A stretch of DNA of 53,409 nt from a bacterium. Its GTDB lineage: Bacteria > DUMJ01. The stretch spans positions 1 through 53,409 of the forward strand of contig JACIXS010000123.1 in NCBI GenBank assembly GCA_014360335.1. The letters run 5' to 3'. Shown piece after piece: positions 19,499 to 28,234 of the stretch (its first letter is position 1; the number at the start of each line of letters is the position of its first letter). The notes beneath the pieces were generated by a model. That model searched no databases and was not told where the DNA came from. It was given only the letters and a program-made list of their open reading frames with translations. The position numbers and the translations under genes are program-made.

Positions 19499-20386
19499 TT
19501 AAGATACATAATCTTTAATAGTCTCTTCCAAAACTAACTGATAGTTCTCACCCAATGCCTTCTCTAGAAGTTCCTTCTCTTGAGGTGATAGATTCTCACC
19601 TATAACATATATCGAATGACCCTGCTTACCAGAAAAACTCCTAACAATAACCTTAGACTTACCACCCATATAACCCATCAGCTTGCACACTGGACAGGGA
19701 ACATCCCTAGGACTACATACAGTAGTGCTTCCCTTATGTTTGATTCCTGTAATTTCCAACAGTTTTCTTCTCAATTCTCCCCTAAAGACATTAGAAGCTA
19801 TCTTTTTCTCTACGTTTATCTTGTAGTATGTCCTACTTACAAACGGACCTATATTGGCATATGCCCTCTTCCAACTGCCCCAATTTCTCTTTATACGGCT
19901 AAAGATACTCTGTATTAGTCTTACTAGGGATGGATTATAATATTTCTCCTCTTTGAAAAGTTCAGAAAACTTTTCTCTTAGCTTCTTGGGAATACCATCA
20001 GGATTTACTATTATTATCTGGTTATATCCAAATCCTTGAGATGTATTTGCACCGATTCCAGTATTCTGTAGTGACTTTAAGGCAGCTAGGTATATATCTA
20101 AATCTCTCTCGTTGACCTCTAATGAAAAATAGATGTCATTTTTGAAGAACTCTTGTCCCTTTATCTTTACTATGTTAGGTTCGTCAGGGGTTACGCCATC
20201 ACTTACCTTGGGAGGAGATATCTGTCTATTCAAAGGTATAGCAAATCTAAGAGCTTCTGAATATATCTGAGTAGCCAATATAATACTTGGTATATATGGT
20301 TTATTTCTAAAGTCTCTAACTTGAGCTCCAGTACCATACCCTATATGGCATGGGTTTTTGAACTTCAAAATACAACGTAATTCCAT
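19499..20386 (-). CDS. Stand-alone RAMP-superfamily (Cas7/Csm3-like) protein with two RAMP-like modules
   Basis: Module 1: LKFKNPCHIGYG, VRD..NKPYIPS, VSDG, G-rich loop GIGANTSQGFG. Module 2: IASNVFRGELR, H-x6-C-x6-CPVC-KLMG, SKVIV. Start placed at ATG 20386 because GGAGGT (20402-20397) lies 10 nt upstream. Confidence 0.75.
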   Translation of the reverse strand: MELRCILKFKNPCHIGYGTGAQVRDFRNKPYIPSIILATQIYSEALRFAIPLNRQISPPKVSDGVTPDEPNIVKIKGQEFFKNDIYFSLEVNERDLDIYLAALKSLQNTGIGANTSQGFGYNQIIIVNPDGIPKKLREKFSELFKEEKYYNPSLVRLIQSIFSRIKRNWGSWKRAYANIGPFVSRTYYKINVEKKIASNVFRGELRRKLLEITGIKHKGSTTVCSPRDVPCPVCKLMGYMGGKSKVIVRSFSGKQGHSIYVIGENLSPQEKELLEKALGENYQLVLEETIKDYVS

Positions 20387-20438
20387 TCCTATTTCTACCT
20401 CCAAACCAAACTATTTATATTATCTCTATGCATTGAAG

Positions 20439-20447
20439 ATTATATCA
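20439..20447 (-). promoter_or_regulatory. Extended -10 sigma70-type promoter for the RAMP-hpf unit
   Basis: Minus strand reads TG-A-TATAAT about 50 nt upstream of the RAMP start; no good -35. Confidence 0.6.
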
Positions 20448-20478
20448 TATTCTAAAATATCATTTTTATAAATATCAT
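20442..20478. repeat. Three ATATCAT direct repeats at exact 15-bp period
   Basis: ATATCAT starts at 20442, 20457 and 20472; the region is very AT-rich. Confidence 0.5.
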
Positions 20479-20485
20479 TACTATT

Positions 20486-20689
20486 CTATTCCTTTTTCTC
20501 TCTTTTTTCTTCTAGTGAACTTTTTAGGTCAGAATAGCCAAATATAGCTAGTATTACTCCTAGGATGATTAAGATTGGCGGGACTATAGCCATTAATCCC
20601 TTTATAAAGTAACTCCACCAAACAGAGATTCCCCATATACCTAAAATGAGACATACTATACCGCCTAATATAACCAGAATTTTACTCAT
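20486..20689 (-). CDS. Small two-TM membrane protein
   Basis: 67 aa, two hydrophobic stretches, charged tail; GGAGGTGA RBS upstream. Confidence 0.8.
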   Translation of the reverse strand: MSKILVILGGIVCLILGIWGISVWWSYFIKGLMAIVPPILIILGVILAIFGYSDLKSSLEEKREKKE

Positions 20690-20735
20690 AAAATATCACC
20701 TCCAGATAGACATTAAAATTTAAGATTTCTTCTCT

Positions 20736-20764
20736 ATTATAGCATAGCGGTTGACAAGTGTATA
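20736..20764 (-). promoter_or_regulatory. Leftward sigma70 promoter for the 67 aa membrane protein gene
   Basis: Minus strand TATACA-17 bp-TATAAT with an extended TG (TG-C-TATAAT). Confidence 0.6.
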
Positions 20765-20779
20765 AAGCTCTAGTAGAAT
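20751..20779 (+). promoter_or_regulatory. Rightward sigma70 promoter for the liv operon
   Basis: TTGACA (20751-20756), 17 bp, TAGAAT (20774-20779). Confidence 0.8.
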
Positions 20780-20817
20780 TATAGAACAAAATTAATCCTA
20801 AATTGGAGGTGATATCT

Positions 20818-21966
20818 TTGAAGAGGGTATTTTTGATGTTACTGGTAGTTAGTTTGATCATTAGTGGAGTTACTTCGGTTTATGGAGCGGAGACTATTAA
20901 GGTAGGGCTTATCACCCCTCTAACAGGTCCTATAGCAACATTCGGACAATCAGTAGAAAAAGGGGTGAGGATGGCGGTAGATGAGATAAATGCTAAAGGC
21001 GGAGTGCTTGGTATGAAGATAGAGTTATTTGTAGAGGATAACCAAGCAAAAGCGGAAGAATCTGCTAATATAGCACGTAAGTTTATAGAACAGAATAAGG
21101 TAGTAGCTATATTGGGTCCCGTCATCTCTAGTAATACATTGGCAGCTGCACCTATAGCTCAGCAGAGTAAGGTACCCTTGTTATCCCCAACCGCAACTAA
21201 CCCCAGAGTCACTCAAGTCGGTAACTACATCTTTAGAGCCTGCTTCGTTGATGACTTCCAAGGAACAGTAATGGCAAGATTCGCAAGGACTGGATTGGGT
21301 AAGAGATTGAATACCGCAGCTATTTTATACGAGAAGACTAGTGACTATAGTATAGGATTAGCAAAATACTTTAAAGAGACCTTTATAAGTCTTGGTGGAA
21401 AGATCGTTGCTGAAGAATCGTTCAGTTCTGGTGACCAAGACTTTAGTGCCCAACTTACTAAGATAAAGGGTAAGAATCCAGATGTTCTTTATGTTCCTTC
21501 TTACTATGATACTGCAGGCCTTATAATAAAGCAGGCTAGAGAACTTGGAATCAATGTCCCTATCCTTGGTGGCGACGGATTTGATTCTCCTCAACTAGCA
21601 GAGCTTGCAGGAAAGGAAAATCTAAAGAACTGCTATTTCAGCGGCCACTTCTTTGCCGGTTCTAAATCTCCTGAGGTGAGAACCTTTGTTGCTAATTATA
21701 AGAAGAGATATAACGCAGTCCCTGATATGTTAGCAGCTTTGGGCTATGATGCAGTTTATATGTTAGCAGATGCTATAAAGAGAGCAGGCAAGGTAGATAG
21801 AGATGCTATAAGAGACGCTTTAGCTAATACAAAGAACCTAAAACTTGTAACAGGTACTATCACTCTTGACGAAAACAGAAATCCGAAGAAGAGTGCAGTT
21901 ATTGTCGGGTTTGATAGTAACGGTAATCAGGTGTATAAGACTACAGTAAATCCTCCTAAGAAGTAA
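20818..21966 (+). CDS. livK: Branched-chain amino acid ABC transporter substrate-binding protein
   Basis: Signal peptide, PLTG..A.FG, EINAKGG.LG, SPTATNP, FRACFVD; TTG start chosen after GGAGGTGA RBS (ORF track starts at 20803). Confidence 0.9.
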   Translation: MKRVFLMLLVVSLIISGVTSVYGAETIKVGLITPLTGPIATFGQSVEKGVRMAVDEINAKGGVLGMKIELFVEDNQAKAEESANIARKFIEQNKVVAILGPVISSNTLAAAPIAQQSKVPLLSPTATNPRVTQVGNYIFRACFVDDFQGTVMARFARTGLGKRLNTAAILYEKTSDYSIGLAKYFKETFISLGGKIVAEESFSSGDQDFSAQLTKIKGKNPDVLYVPSYYDTAGLIIKQARELGINVPILGGDGFDSPQLAELAGKENLKNCYFSGHFFAGSKSPEVRTFVANYKKRYNAVPDMLAALGYDAVYMLADAIKRAGKVDRDAIRDALANTKNLKLVTGTITLDENRNPKKSAVIVGFDSNGNQVYKTTVNPPKK

Positions 21967-21976
21967 ATATACATAG

Positions 21977-22013
21977 AAAGGGGAGAGGAAGTCTTTATAC
22001 CTCTCCCTTTTTT
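21977..22013 (+). terminator. Intrinsic terminator / stabilising hairpin after livK
   Basis: GGGAGAGG (21981-21988) pairs with CCTCTCCC (22000-22007), followed by T6. Confidence 0.85.
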
Positions 22014-22049
22014 GTGTTTAAATATGTTAAAATTACAAGGAATAAGAAG

Positions 22050-22949
22050 ATGATAACTGAGATATTTCAGCAAATTATAAATGGTATAGCATTGGGAAGC
22101 ATATACGCACTTATAGCTTTAGGATATACAATGGTCTATGGGATACTTAGACTTATAAACTTTGCCCATGGAGATATATATATGGTTGGGGCTTATGCTG
22201 GCTATTTTGCAATAGCCTCATTTAAATGGGGTATTCTTCCATCTTTTATATTTGCTATGTTGATATGTGCTATGTTGGGGATGAGTATTGAAAGGTTTGC
22301 CTATAGACCATTGAGGCTTCGAAATGCTCCACGTATAGCTGCATTAACAACTGCTATAGGTGTCTCTTTCCTTTTAGAAAATCTAGGTATTATCTTTTGG
22401 ACCCCAACTCCCAGAGCCTTTCCTCAAATAATACCCCTAAAGATATACCAAGGGATATATGAAAGATTTGGGATAATAGTTAATAATAGACAGTTAGTTA
22501 TTATCTCTGTCTCTATAGCTCTTATGTTACTCTTACAGTTCATAGTCAATAAGACCAAGATTGGAATGGCGATGAGAGCAGTTTCCTTTGATAGAGAGAC
22601 TGCTTGGATGATGGGAGTGAACATAGACTATGTTATATCCTTTACGTTCGCTATAGGCTCGATGTTAGCTGCAGCAGGTGGGGTTTTAGTAGGCATATAT
22701 TTTAATAGGATAGACCCACTTATGGGTGTTATGCCTGGCGTAAAGGCTTTTGTAGCGGCGGTCCTTGGGGGTATAGGTATAATACCTGGAGCTATGGTAG
22801 GAGGTTTTATACTTGGTATAGCAGAGATACTTGTTTCTGCCTTTATTGCTTCATCATATAGAGACGCAATAGCTTTTGCTATTTTAATTATCATACTTCT
22901 TGTAAAACCATCTGGGATTTTTGGTACTGCTACTAGAGAGAAGGTATAG
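22050..22949 (+). CDS. livH: Branched-chain amino acid ABC permease
   Basis: QQIINGIALGSIYALIALGYTMVYG...INFAHGD, G.AMRAVS.D, KAF.AAVLGGIG; ATG 22050 preferred over 22014. Confidence 0.92.
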   Translation: MITEIFQQIINGIALGSIYALIALGYTMVYGILRLINFAHGDIYMVGAYAGYFAIASFKWGILPSFIFAMLICAMLGMSIERFAYRPLRLRNAPRIAALTTAIGVSFLLENLGIIFWTPTPRAFPQIIPLKIYQGIYERFGIIVNNRQLVIISVSIALMLLLQFIVNKTKIGMAMRAVSFDRETAWMMGVNIDYVISFTFAIGSMLAAAGGVLVGIYFNRIDPLMGVMPGVKAFVAAVLGGIGIIPGAMVGGFILGIAEILVSAFIASSYRDAIAFAILIIILLVKPSGIFGTATREKV

Positions 22950-22951
22950 AA

Positions 22952-23884
22952 ATGGAAAATTTAAAGAAATTTAGATATCTATTTTTTATATTAGGAGTGT
23001 TAATTATCTACTTAGTTGATCTCATATCTCCCCGTATTAATCCTTACTATTTTCAGATAATTATCTTTGCAGGTATTAATATTGTGTTAGCAGTAAGTCT
23101 TAATGTGATTAACGGTTTATGTGGTCAATTTTCATTGGGTCACGCTGGTTTTATGGCTGTAGGAGCTTACTTTTCTTCGTTCTTGACCTTCTACTATCAT
23201 ACCTCATTCCCTTTAGCTCTTATAGCTGGGGGTATATTAGCAGGTCTAATAGGGCTTGGTGTAGGGATACCTACACTGAGATTGAGGGGAGACTATTTAG
23301 CTATAGCAACGTTGGGTATGGGAGAGATAATAAGGGTAATACTATTCAATCTTGATATAGTTGGAGGAGCCAGAGGCTTCCCTGGTATACCCAAATATAC
23401 AAATTTCTTCTGGGTATATCTAGTGGTTCTAATAGTTCTTGTAAGTTCTTACAATCTATTAAAAAGCCCTCAGGGTAGGGCTATTCTCTCTATAAGAGAG
23501 GACGAGATAGCCTCCGAAGCTATGGGAGTGAATACAACCCAGTTTAAAATATTTGCCTTTATCTTTGGTGCATTCTGGGCAGGTGTTGCTGGAGGATTGT
23601 GGGCACATTATTTGCAATTCCTTCACCCTAGTTCATTTACTTTTATGAAGTCTGTAGAGGTGCTCGTGATGATAGTTCTAGGAGGATTAGGGAGTATTAG
23701 TGGAGTAACTATTTCTGCTGTTTTTCTTACTATTCTGCCTGAACTCCTTAGATACGTAAAGGTGCTATTTAATACTACAGTAGACCCCCGTATGGTTATA
23801 TACTCTCTCTTGCTTATCTTGACTATGTTATTAAGACCTCAAGGTCTTTTGGGTGGTTATAGGAGGAAAGTTAGAGAGCAATGA
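22952..23884 (+). CDS. livM: Branched-chain amino acid ABC permease
   Basis: GQFSLGHAGF.AVGAY, LRLRGDYLAIATLG.GEI, IREDEIA.EAMG, LGGLGS. Confidence 0.93.
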   Translation: MENLKKFRYLFFILGVLIIYLVDLISPRINPYYFQIIIFAGINIVLAVSLNVINGLCGQFSLGHAGFMAVGAYFSSFLTFYYHTSFPLALIAGGILAGLIGLGVGIPTLRLRGDYLAIATLGMGEIIRVILFNLDIVGGARGFPGIPKYTNFFWVYLVVLIVLVSSYNLLKSPQGRAILSIREDEIASEAMGVNTTQFKIFAFIFGAFWAGVAGGLWAHYLQFLHPSSFTFMKSVEVLVMIVLGGLGSISGVTISAVFLTILPELLRYVKVLFNTTVDPRMVIYSLLLILTMLLRPQGLLGGYRRKVREQ

Positions 23885-24651
23885 GTCTTCTAAAGTTAGA
23901 AGGTGTTACAGTGGCTTTTGGTGGTCTCTTAGCGGTATCTAACTTTGATCTTGAAGTGAATGATAAAGAACTCGTAGGTCTAATAGGCCCAAATGGGGCA
24001 GGGAAGACTACGGTATTTAATGTAATTACCGGTTTTCACATCCCAATAAGAGGAAAGATCACGTTTACTAATATTAATATAACGGGTAAATCTCCAAGTT
24101 ATATAGCAAAACTTGGAATTTCAAGGACATTTCAGAATATAAGGCTATTTCCTAATCTTACTGTATTGGAAAATGTAATGATTTCGGCTCAGTTACACTT
24201 TAATATATCCTACTTACATACATTTTTTAGAACTCCCCTCTTCTATAAGGTAGAAAAGTCTATAGAAGAAAAGGCGCTCAGGTCGCTAGAATTAGTTGGT
24301 CTTAAAGGAGTAAAGGATGAGACAGCTAAAAATCTTCCATATGGAGATCAGAGGAAATTAGAAATAGCTAGAGCTATAGCTACAGAACCAAGGTTGATAC
24401 TGTTAGATGAACCGGCAGCTGGTATGAATCCAAGAGAGACAGACGAGTTGATGAAGATGATAAAATTCTTAAGAGATGAGTTAGACCTGACTATTATTCT
24501 TATAGAGCACGATATGAGGGTAGTAATGAACATATGTGAAAGAGTAGTGGTATTAAATTACGGAGAAATTATAGCGGAAGGAACTCCTAATGAGATAAAG
24601 ACTAAACCTGAAGTATTGGAAGCCTATTTAGGTAGTACTGCAGTAGGATGA
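23881..24651 (+). CDS. livG: Branched-chain amino acid ABC ATPase
   Basis: GPNGAGKTT, RTFQNIRLF, LPYG.QRKLEIARA, LDEPAAG, IEHDM, AYLG. Confidence 0.93.
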   Translation: MSLLKLEGVTVAFGGLLAVSNFDLEVNDKELVGLIGPNGAGKTTVFNVITGFHIPIRGKITFTNINITGKSPSYIAKLGISRTFQNIRLFPNLTVLENVMISAQLHFNISYLHTFFRTPLFYKVEKSIEEKALRSLELVGLKGVKDETAKNLPYGDQRKLEIARAIATEPRLILLDEPAAGMNPRETDELMKMIKFLRDELDLTIILIEHDMRVVMNICERVVVLNYGEIIAEGTPNEIKTKPEVLEAYLGSTAVG

Positions 24652-24666
24652 AATGGAGGTGTATAG

Positions 24667-25842
24667 GTGAAAAGACATATCAAATATTTTAATTCAGAAT
24701 CAGTAACAGAAGGACATCCTGACAAAATAGCAGACCAGATTTCTGATGCTATCTTAGATAGTTATTTAGAAAAAGACCCTGAGTCTAGGGTCGCATGTGA
24801 GACCTTAACCACACTTGGATTAGTTCATGTTACTGGTGAGGTATCTAGTAGGGCAATGATAGATATAAATAAGGTAATAAGAGATACTATAAGGGAAATA
24901 GGATATACCGATGCCTCTTATGGGCTTGACGCTGATAGTTGTGGAATACTTATCTCTCTTAAGGAACAGTCTCCAGATATAGCTATGGGGGTTATAAAAG
25001 AAGAGGATATAGGTGCAGGCGATCAGGGACTGATGTTTGGTTATGCGACTAATGAAGCTATGGATATTATGGACAGTGCATCATATATGCCTACTCCAAT
25101 AATACTAGCTCATCGCTTGGCGTACAGATTAGCAGAGGTTAGAAAATCTGGATTTCTTCCATATCTAAGACCCGACGGGAAAACACAGGTTACAGTTGTC
25201 TATGATGGGGATAAACCGGTAAGAGTGGATAGGGTAGTTATTGCTGCTCAGCATAATCCAGATGTAAGTATGGATAGGCTTAGAGAAGAGATAATAGAAT
25301 ATGTAATAAAATATGTAATTCCAAAAGAATGGCTAGATAAGGACACTAAATATTATATAAACGCCACTGGCAGATTTGTGATAGGAGGACCGGCAGGAGA
25401 TGCTGGGCTTACCGGTCGAAAGATTATAGTGGATACCTATGGTGGAATGGCTAGACATGGAGGAGGTTGTTTCTCTGGTAAGGACCCCACTAAGGTAGAT
25501 AGGTCTGCTGCCTATATGGCTAGATATACCGCTAAAAACATAGTAGCTAGCGGGTTAGCAGATAAATGTGAGGTACAGGTAGCCTATGTGATAGGGGTAA
25601 GTGAGCCTATCTCCCTCTATGTTGAGACATTTAATACAGAGAAGGTAGACCCAGAAAGGTTAAACAAAGTAGTAAGAGAGCTTTTTGATTTTAGGCCCAA
25701 GAGTATAATAGAAAACTTTGATCTAAGAAGACCTATCTACAAGAAAGTGGCTGCCTACGGACATTTTGGGAGGATAGATGTAGACCTACCTTGGGAGAGG
25801 CTCGATAAAGTAGATGAGCTAAAGAATGCCTTTAATATATGA
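24667..25842 (+). CDS. metK: S-adenosylmethionine synthetase
   Basis: [50 protein letters not shown]. Confidence 0.98.
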   Translation: MKRHIKYFNSESVTEGHPDKIADQISDAILDSYLEKDPESRVACETLTTLGLVHVTGEVSSRAMIDINKVIRDTIREIGYTDASYGLDADSCGILISLKEQSPDIAMGVIKEEDIGAGDQGLMFGYATNEAMDIMDSASYMPTPIILAHRLAYRLAEVRKSGFLPYLRPDGKTQVTVVYDGDKPVRVDRVVIAAQHNPDVSMDRLREEIIEYVIKYVIPKEWLDKDTKYYINATGRFVIGGPAGDAGLTGRKIIVDTYGGMARHGGGCFSGKDPTKVDRSAAYMARYTAKNIVASGLADKCEVQVAYVIGVSEPISLYVETFNTEKVDPERLNKVVRELFDFRPKSIIENFDLRRPIYKKVAAYGHFGRIDVDLPWERLDKVDELKNAFNI

Positions 25843-27754
25843 TGTTCTTATAGATAGAAATGCCCCGAAAGATTTAATATTCTCTTACTCCTCAGATGAA
25901 CCTTTAAAGATAGGGGATTATGTTGCGGTCCCATTAAGGGGACATTTAGCTAAGGGTTATGTAATAGATAGAAAGGAAGTAACGTCTGCCCAAGATTATC
26001 TTAGAGTCTTGGGCAGAATATTTGATGTATCTTTACTTTTACCGCATCTTCTGAGTCTTGCCTATTGGATTTCTGATTATTACATATGTAACTTATCTCA
26101 GGCGCTATCCACTATAATTCCACCAGAGATAAGAGATATAAAGATTGTATATGACGGAGAATTGAAGGTCAAGGTCCCTAAACCTAGAAAGAAGAGAGTA
26201 GAGAAGAGTTATATAAACTATATAGAACTATGTGATTGTAGTGTTTCTCCCCCAGAGAATTTTGTTAGGCTTTTGGTGAAGTTTCCTATAGAAAAGAGAC
26301 TTAGTATATATCTTAAGCTCATAGAAAAAGAGATAAGTAGAGGTAAAGGAGTAATCTTACTCTTCCCAGAGTTAGATACACTGTTAGCAGTAGAAGATAT
26401 ACTTAGAAAGATATATGGAAAAGATTTAGCAGTGATTCACAGTAGACAAAGTCTAGCGGTAAAAAACGAGGAATGGTGGCGTATAAGGAATAATGATGTT
26501 AAGTTGATTTTGGGAACAAGGTCAGCGATATTTTCACCTATAGAAAATCTAGGTTTGATTATTATTGATGAGGAGGAAAATGACGGGTATAAAGACGAGA
26601 GTAGGCCTTTATATGATGCTAGAACAACTGCTTATAAGCTTCAAGAACTACTGGGATGTAAACTTGTATTTGGAAGTAGTACTCCTACATTGGAGTCTTA
26701 TAAAGATGTGCTAGAAAATAAGATGGATATTCTCACAGAGGAGGAAACAAAGGATTTAACTAATATAAAGCTAGTGAGTATGAGAGGAAGGAGAGGATTT
26801 ATAAGTAGAGAGCTCATACACCACTGTAAGGTTAACCTAGCTAGAAAGAAGCAGATACTTATACTGGTTAATAGGAAAGGCTACTTCACTCTAGGGATAT
26901 GTAAAAGCTGTGGGAATATAGTAAGATGTCCAAATTGTAATATAGCTTTGGTTTATCATAGAGATGAAGGATTTGTATGCCACTACTGTGGATACACTGT
27001 AGAAAAGATAGAGCAGTGTCCGCAGTGTGGGGGAAAGGTGAGTTCTTTTGGGTATGGAACAGAAAGGATATTGGAGATACTAGAGAAGATTTTCCCTAAG
27101 GCGAAGATTGCCAAGATGGATGCAGACCTTTCCGATAAGGAGATAGATAAGATATGGCAGAACTTTGTAGATAGGAATATAGATATACTGGTCGGAACGC
27201 AAATAATAGCTAAGGGTTTTCGGCTTCCGAATGTAGCATTAGCTGGAATCTTAGCCCCTGATTTGGCTTTGAATCTACCCGATTTTAAAGTTAGCGAGAA
27301 AGTATTTAGACTTATATATAACCTAGCAGAACAGGCAAAAGGAGACAAGTATCTGGTTATTCAGAGTATGCTTCCTAACTATTATACAATAAAGTATGCA
27401 AGTAAATTAGATTATGAAAGTTTTTATAAGTATGAGTCTCAATTACGAAGGTCTCTTGGATATCCGCCTTATAACCATATGGTAAGGATAGTAATCTCAG
27501 GGAAAAAGGAAGAAGAAGTAAAAGCTATATCTACCTCTTTAGCTGCAGATATAAAGAGAAGACTAGGTATAGATTATTCTGGACCTGCCAAATGCCCCCT
27601 TTATAAAATAAAAGGAACATTTCACTGGCATATCCTTTTAAAGGTAAAGGAGCTAAATAGGGATATATCAAAAGTTGTAAAAGAACTTGTAGAAGCTTAT
27701 AATTATAAAGATATTGATATAATGGTAGATGCAGACCCTATATCTACGGTATAG
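25826..27754 (+). CDS. priA: Primosomal protein N' (PriA), helicase motifs degenerate
   Basis: 3'-DNA-binding N-terminus, GTRSAIF.P, IIIDEEE, SSTPTLE, NRKG, four CxxC pairs, [19 protein letters not shown]; canonical metK-priA-def-fmt order. Confidence 0.9.
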   Translation: MPLIYDVLIDRNAPKDLIFSYSSDEPLKIGDYVAVPLRGHLAKGYVIDRKEVTSAQDYLRVLGRIFDVSLLLPHLLSLAYWISDYYICNLSQALSTIIPPEIRDIKIVYDGELKVKVPKPRKKRVEKSYINYIELCDCSVSPPENFVRLLVKFPIEKRLSIYLKLIEKEISRGKGVILLFPELDTLLAVEDILRKIYGKDLAVIHSRQSLAVKNEEWWRIRNNDVKLILGTRSAIFSPIENLGLIIIDEEENDGYKDESRPLYDARTTAYKLQELLGCKLVFGSSTPTLESYKDVLENKMDILTEEETKDLTNIKLVSMRGRRGFISRELIHHCKVNLARKKQILILVNRKGYFTLGICKSCGNIVRCPNCNIALVYHRDEGFVCHYCGYTVEKIEQCPQCGGKVSSFGYGTERILEILEKIFPKAKIAKMDADLSDKEIDKIWQNFVDRNIDILVGTQIIAKGFRLPNVALAGILAPDLALNLPDFKVSEKVFRLIYNLAEQAKGDKYLVIQSMLPNYYTIKYASKLDYESFYKYESQLRRSLGYPPYNHMVRIVISGKKEEEVKAISTSLAADIKRRLGIDYSGPAKCPLYKIKGTFHWHILLKVKELNRDISKVVKELVEAYNYKDIDIMVDADPISTV

Positions 27755-27775
27755 ATTCACTAGGAGGGAATATTA

Positions 27776-28234
27776 ATGTCAGGATTAGCTATAAGGGTTT
27801 ATGGAGATCCGGTTTTGAGACAGAAGGCAGTCCCTATAGAGAAGATAGACAGAAGAGTGAAAAGACTTGCTAAGTATATGGAAGAGGCTATGGATAGGGC
27901 TAATGGAATTGGCTTGGCTGGGCCTCAGGTAGGAGTAAGTGAAAGGATTATTATAGTAAAGGTAAAATCTCTTGTAGTAGTGATAAATCCTATAATTGTA
28001 TATATGGAGGGCGAAGAGCTTGGAGAGGAAGGATGTCTAAGTATCCCCAATGTTGTTGGAGATGTAAGTAGAGCTACTAAGGTTGTAGTAAGAGGGTTAG
28101 ACCTAAATGGTAGAGAGATAGAAATTGAGGCGAATAATCTCTCAGCCAGGGCATTTCAACATGAAATAGACCACTTGGATGGTATCCTGTTTATAGACAG
28201 AGCTATTTCTATAAGGAAGGTGGAAAAATTCTAA
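27776..28234 (+). CDS. def: Peptide deformylase
   Basis: GIGLAGPQVG, EGCLS, QHEIDHLDG. Confidence 0.97.
   Translation: MSGLAIRVYGDPVLRQKAVPIEKIDRRVKRLAKYMEEAMDRANGIGLAGPQVGVSERIIIVKVKSLVVVINPIIVYMEGEELGEEGCLSIPNVVGDVSRATKVVVRGLDLNGREIEIEANNLSARAFQHEIDHLDGILFIDRAISIRKVEKF

Noticed and set aside
17516-20802. CRISPR array or mini-array near the RAMP gene
   Set aside because: The intergenic gaps (17516-17641, 19474-19498, 20387-20485, 20690-20802) show no 23-47 bp direct repeats with spacers by eye; only 7-mer repeats were found.
24652-24666. SAM riboswitch upstream of metK
   Set aside because: Only 15 bp separate livG and metK, leaving room for an RBS only.
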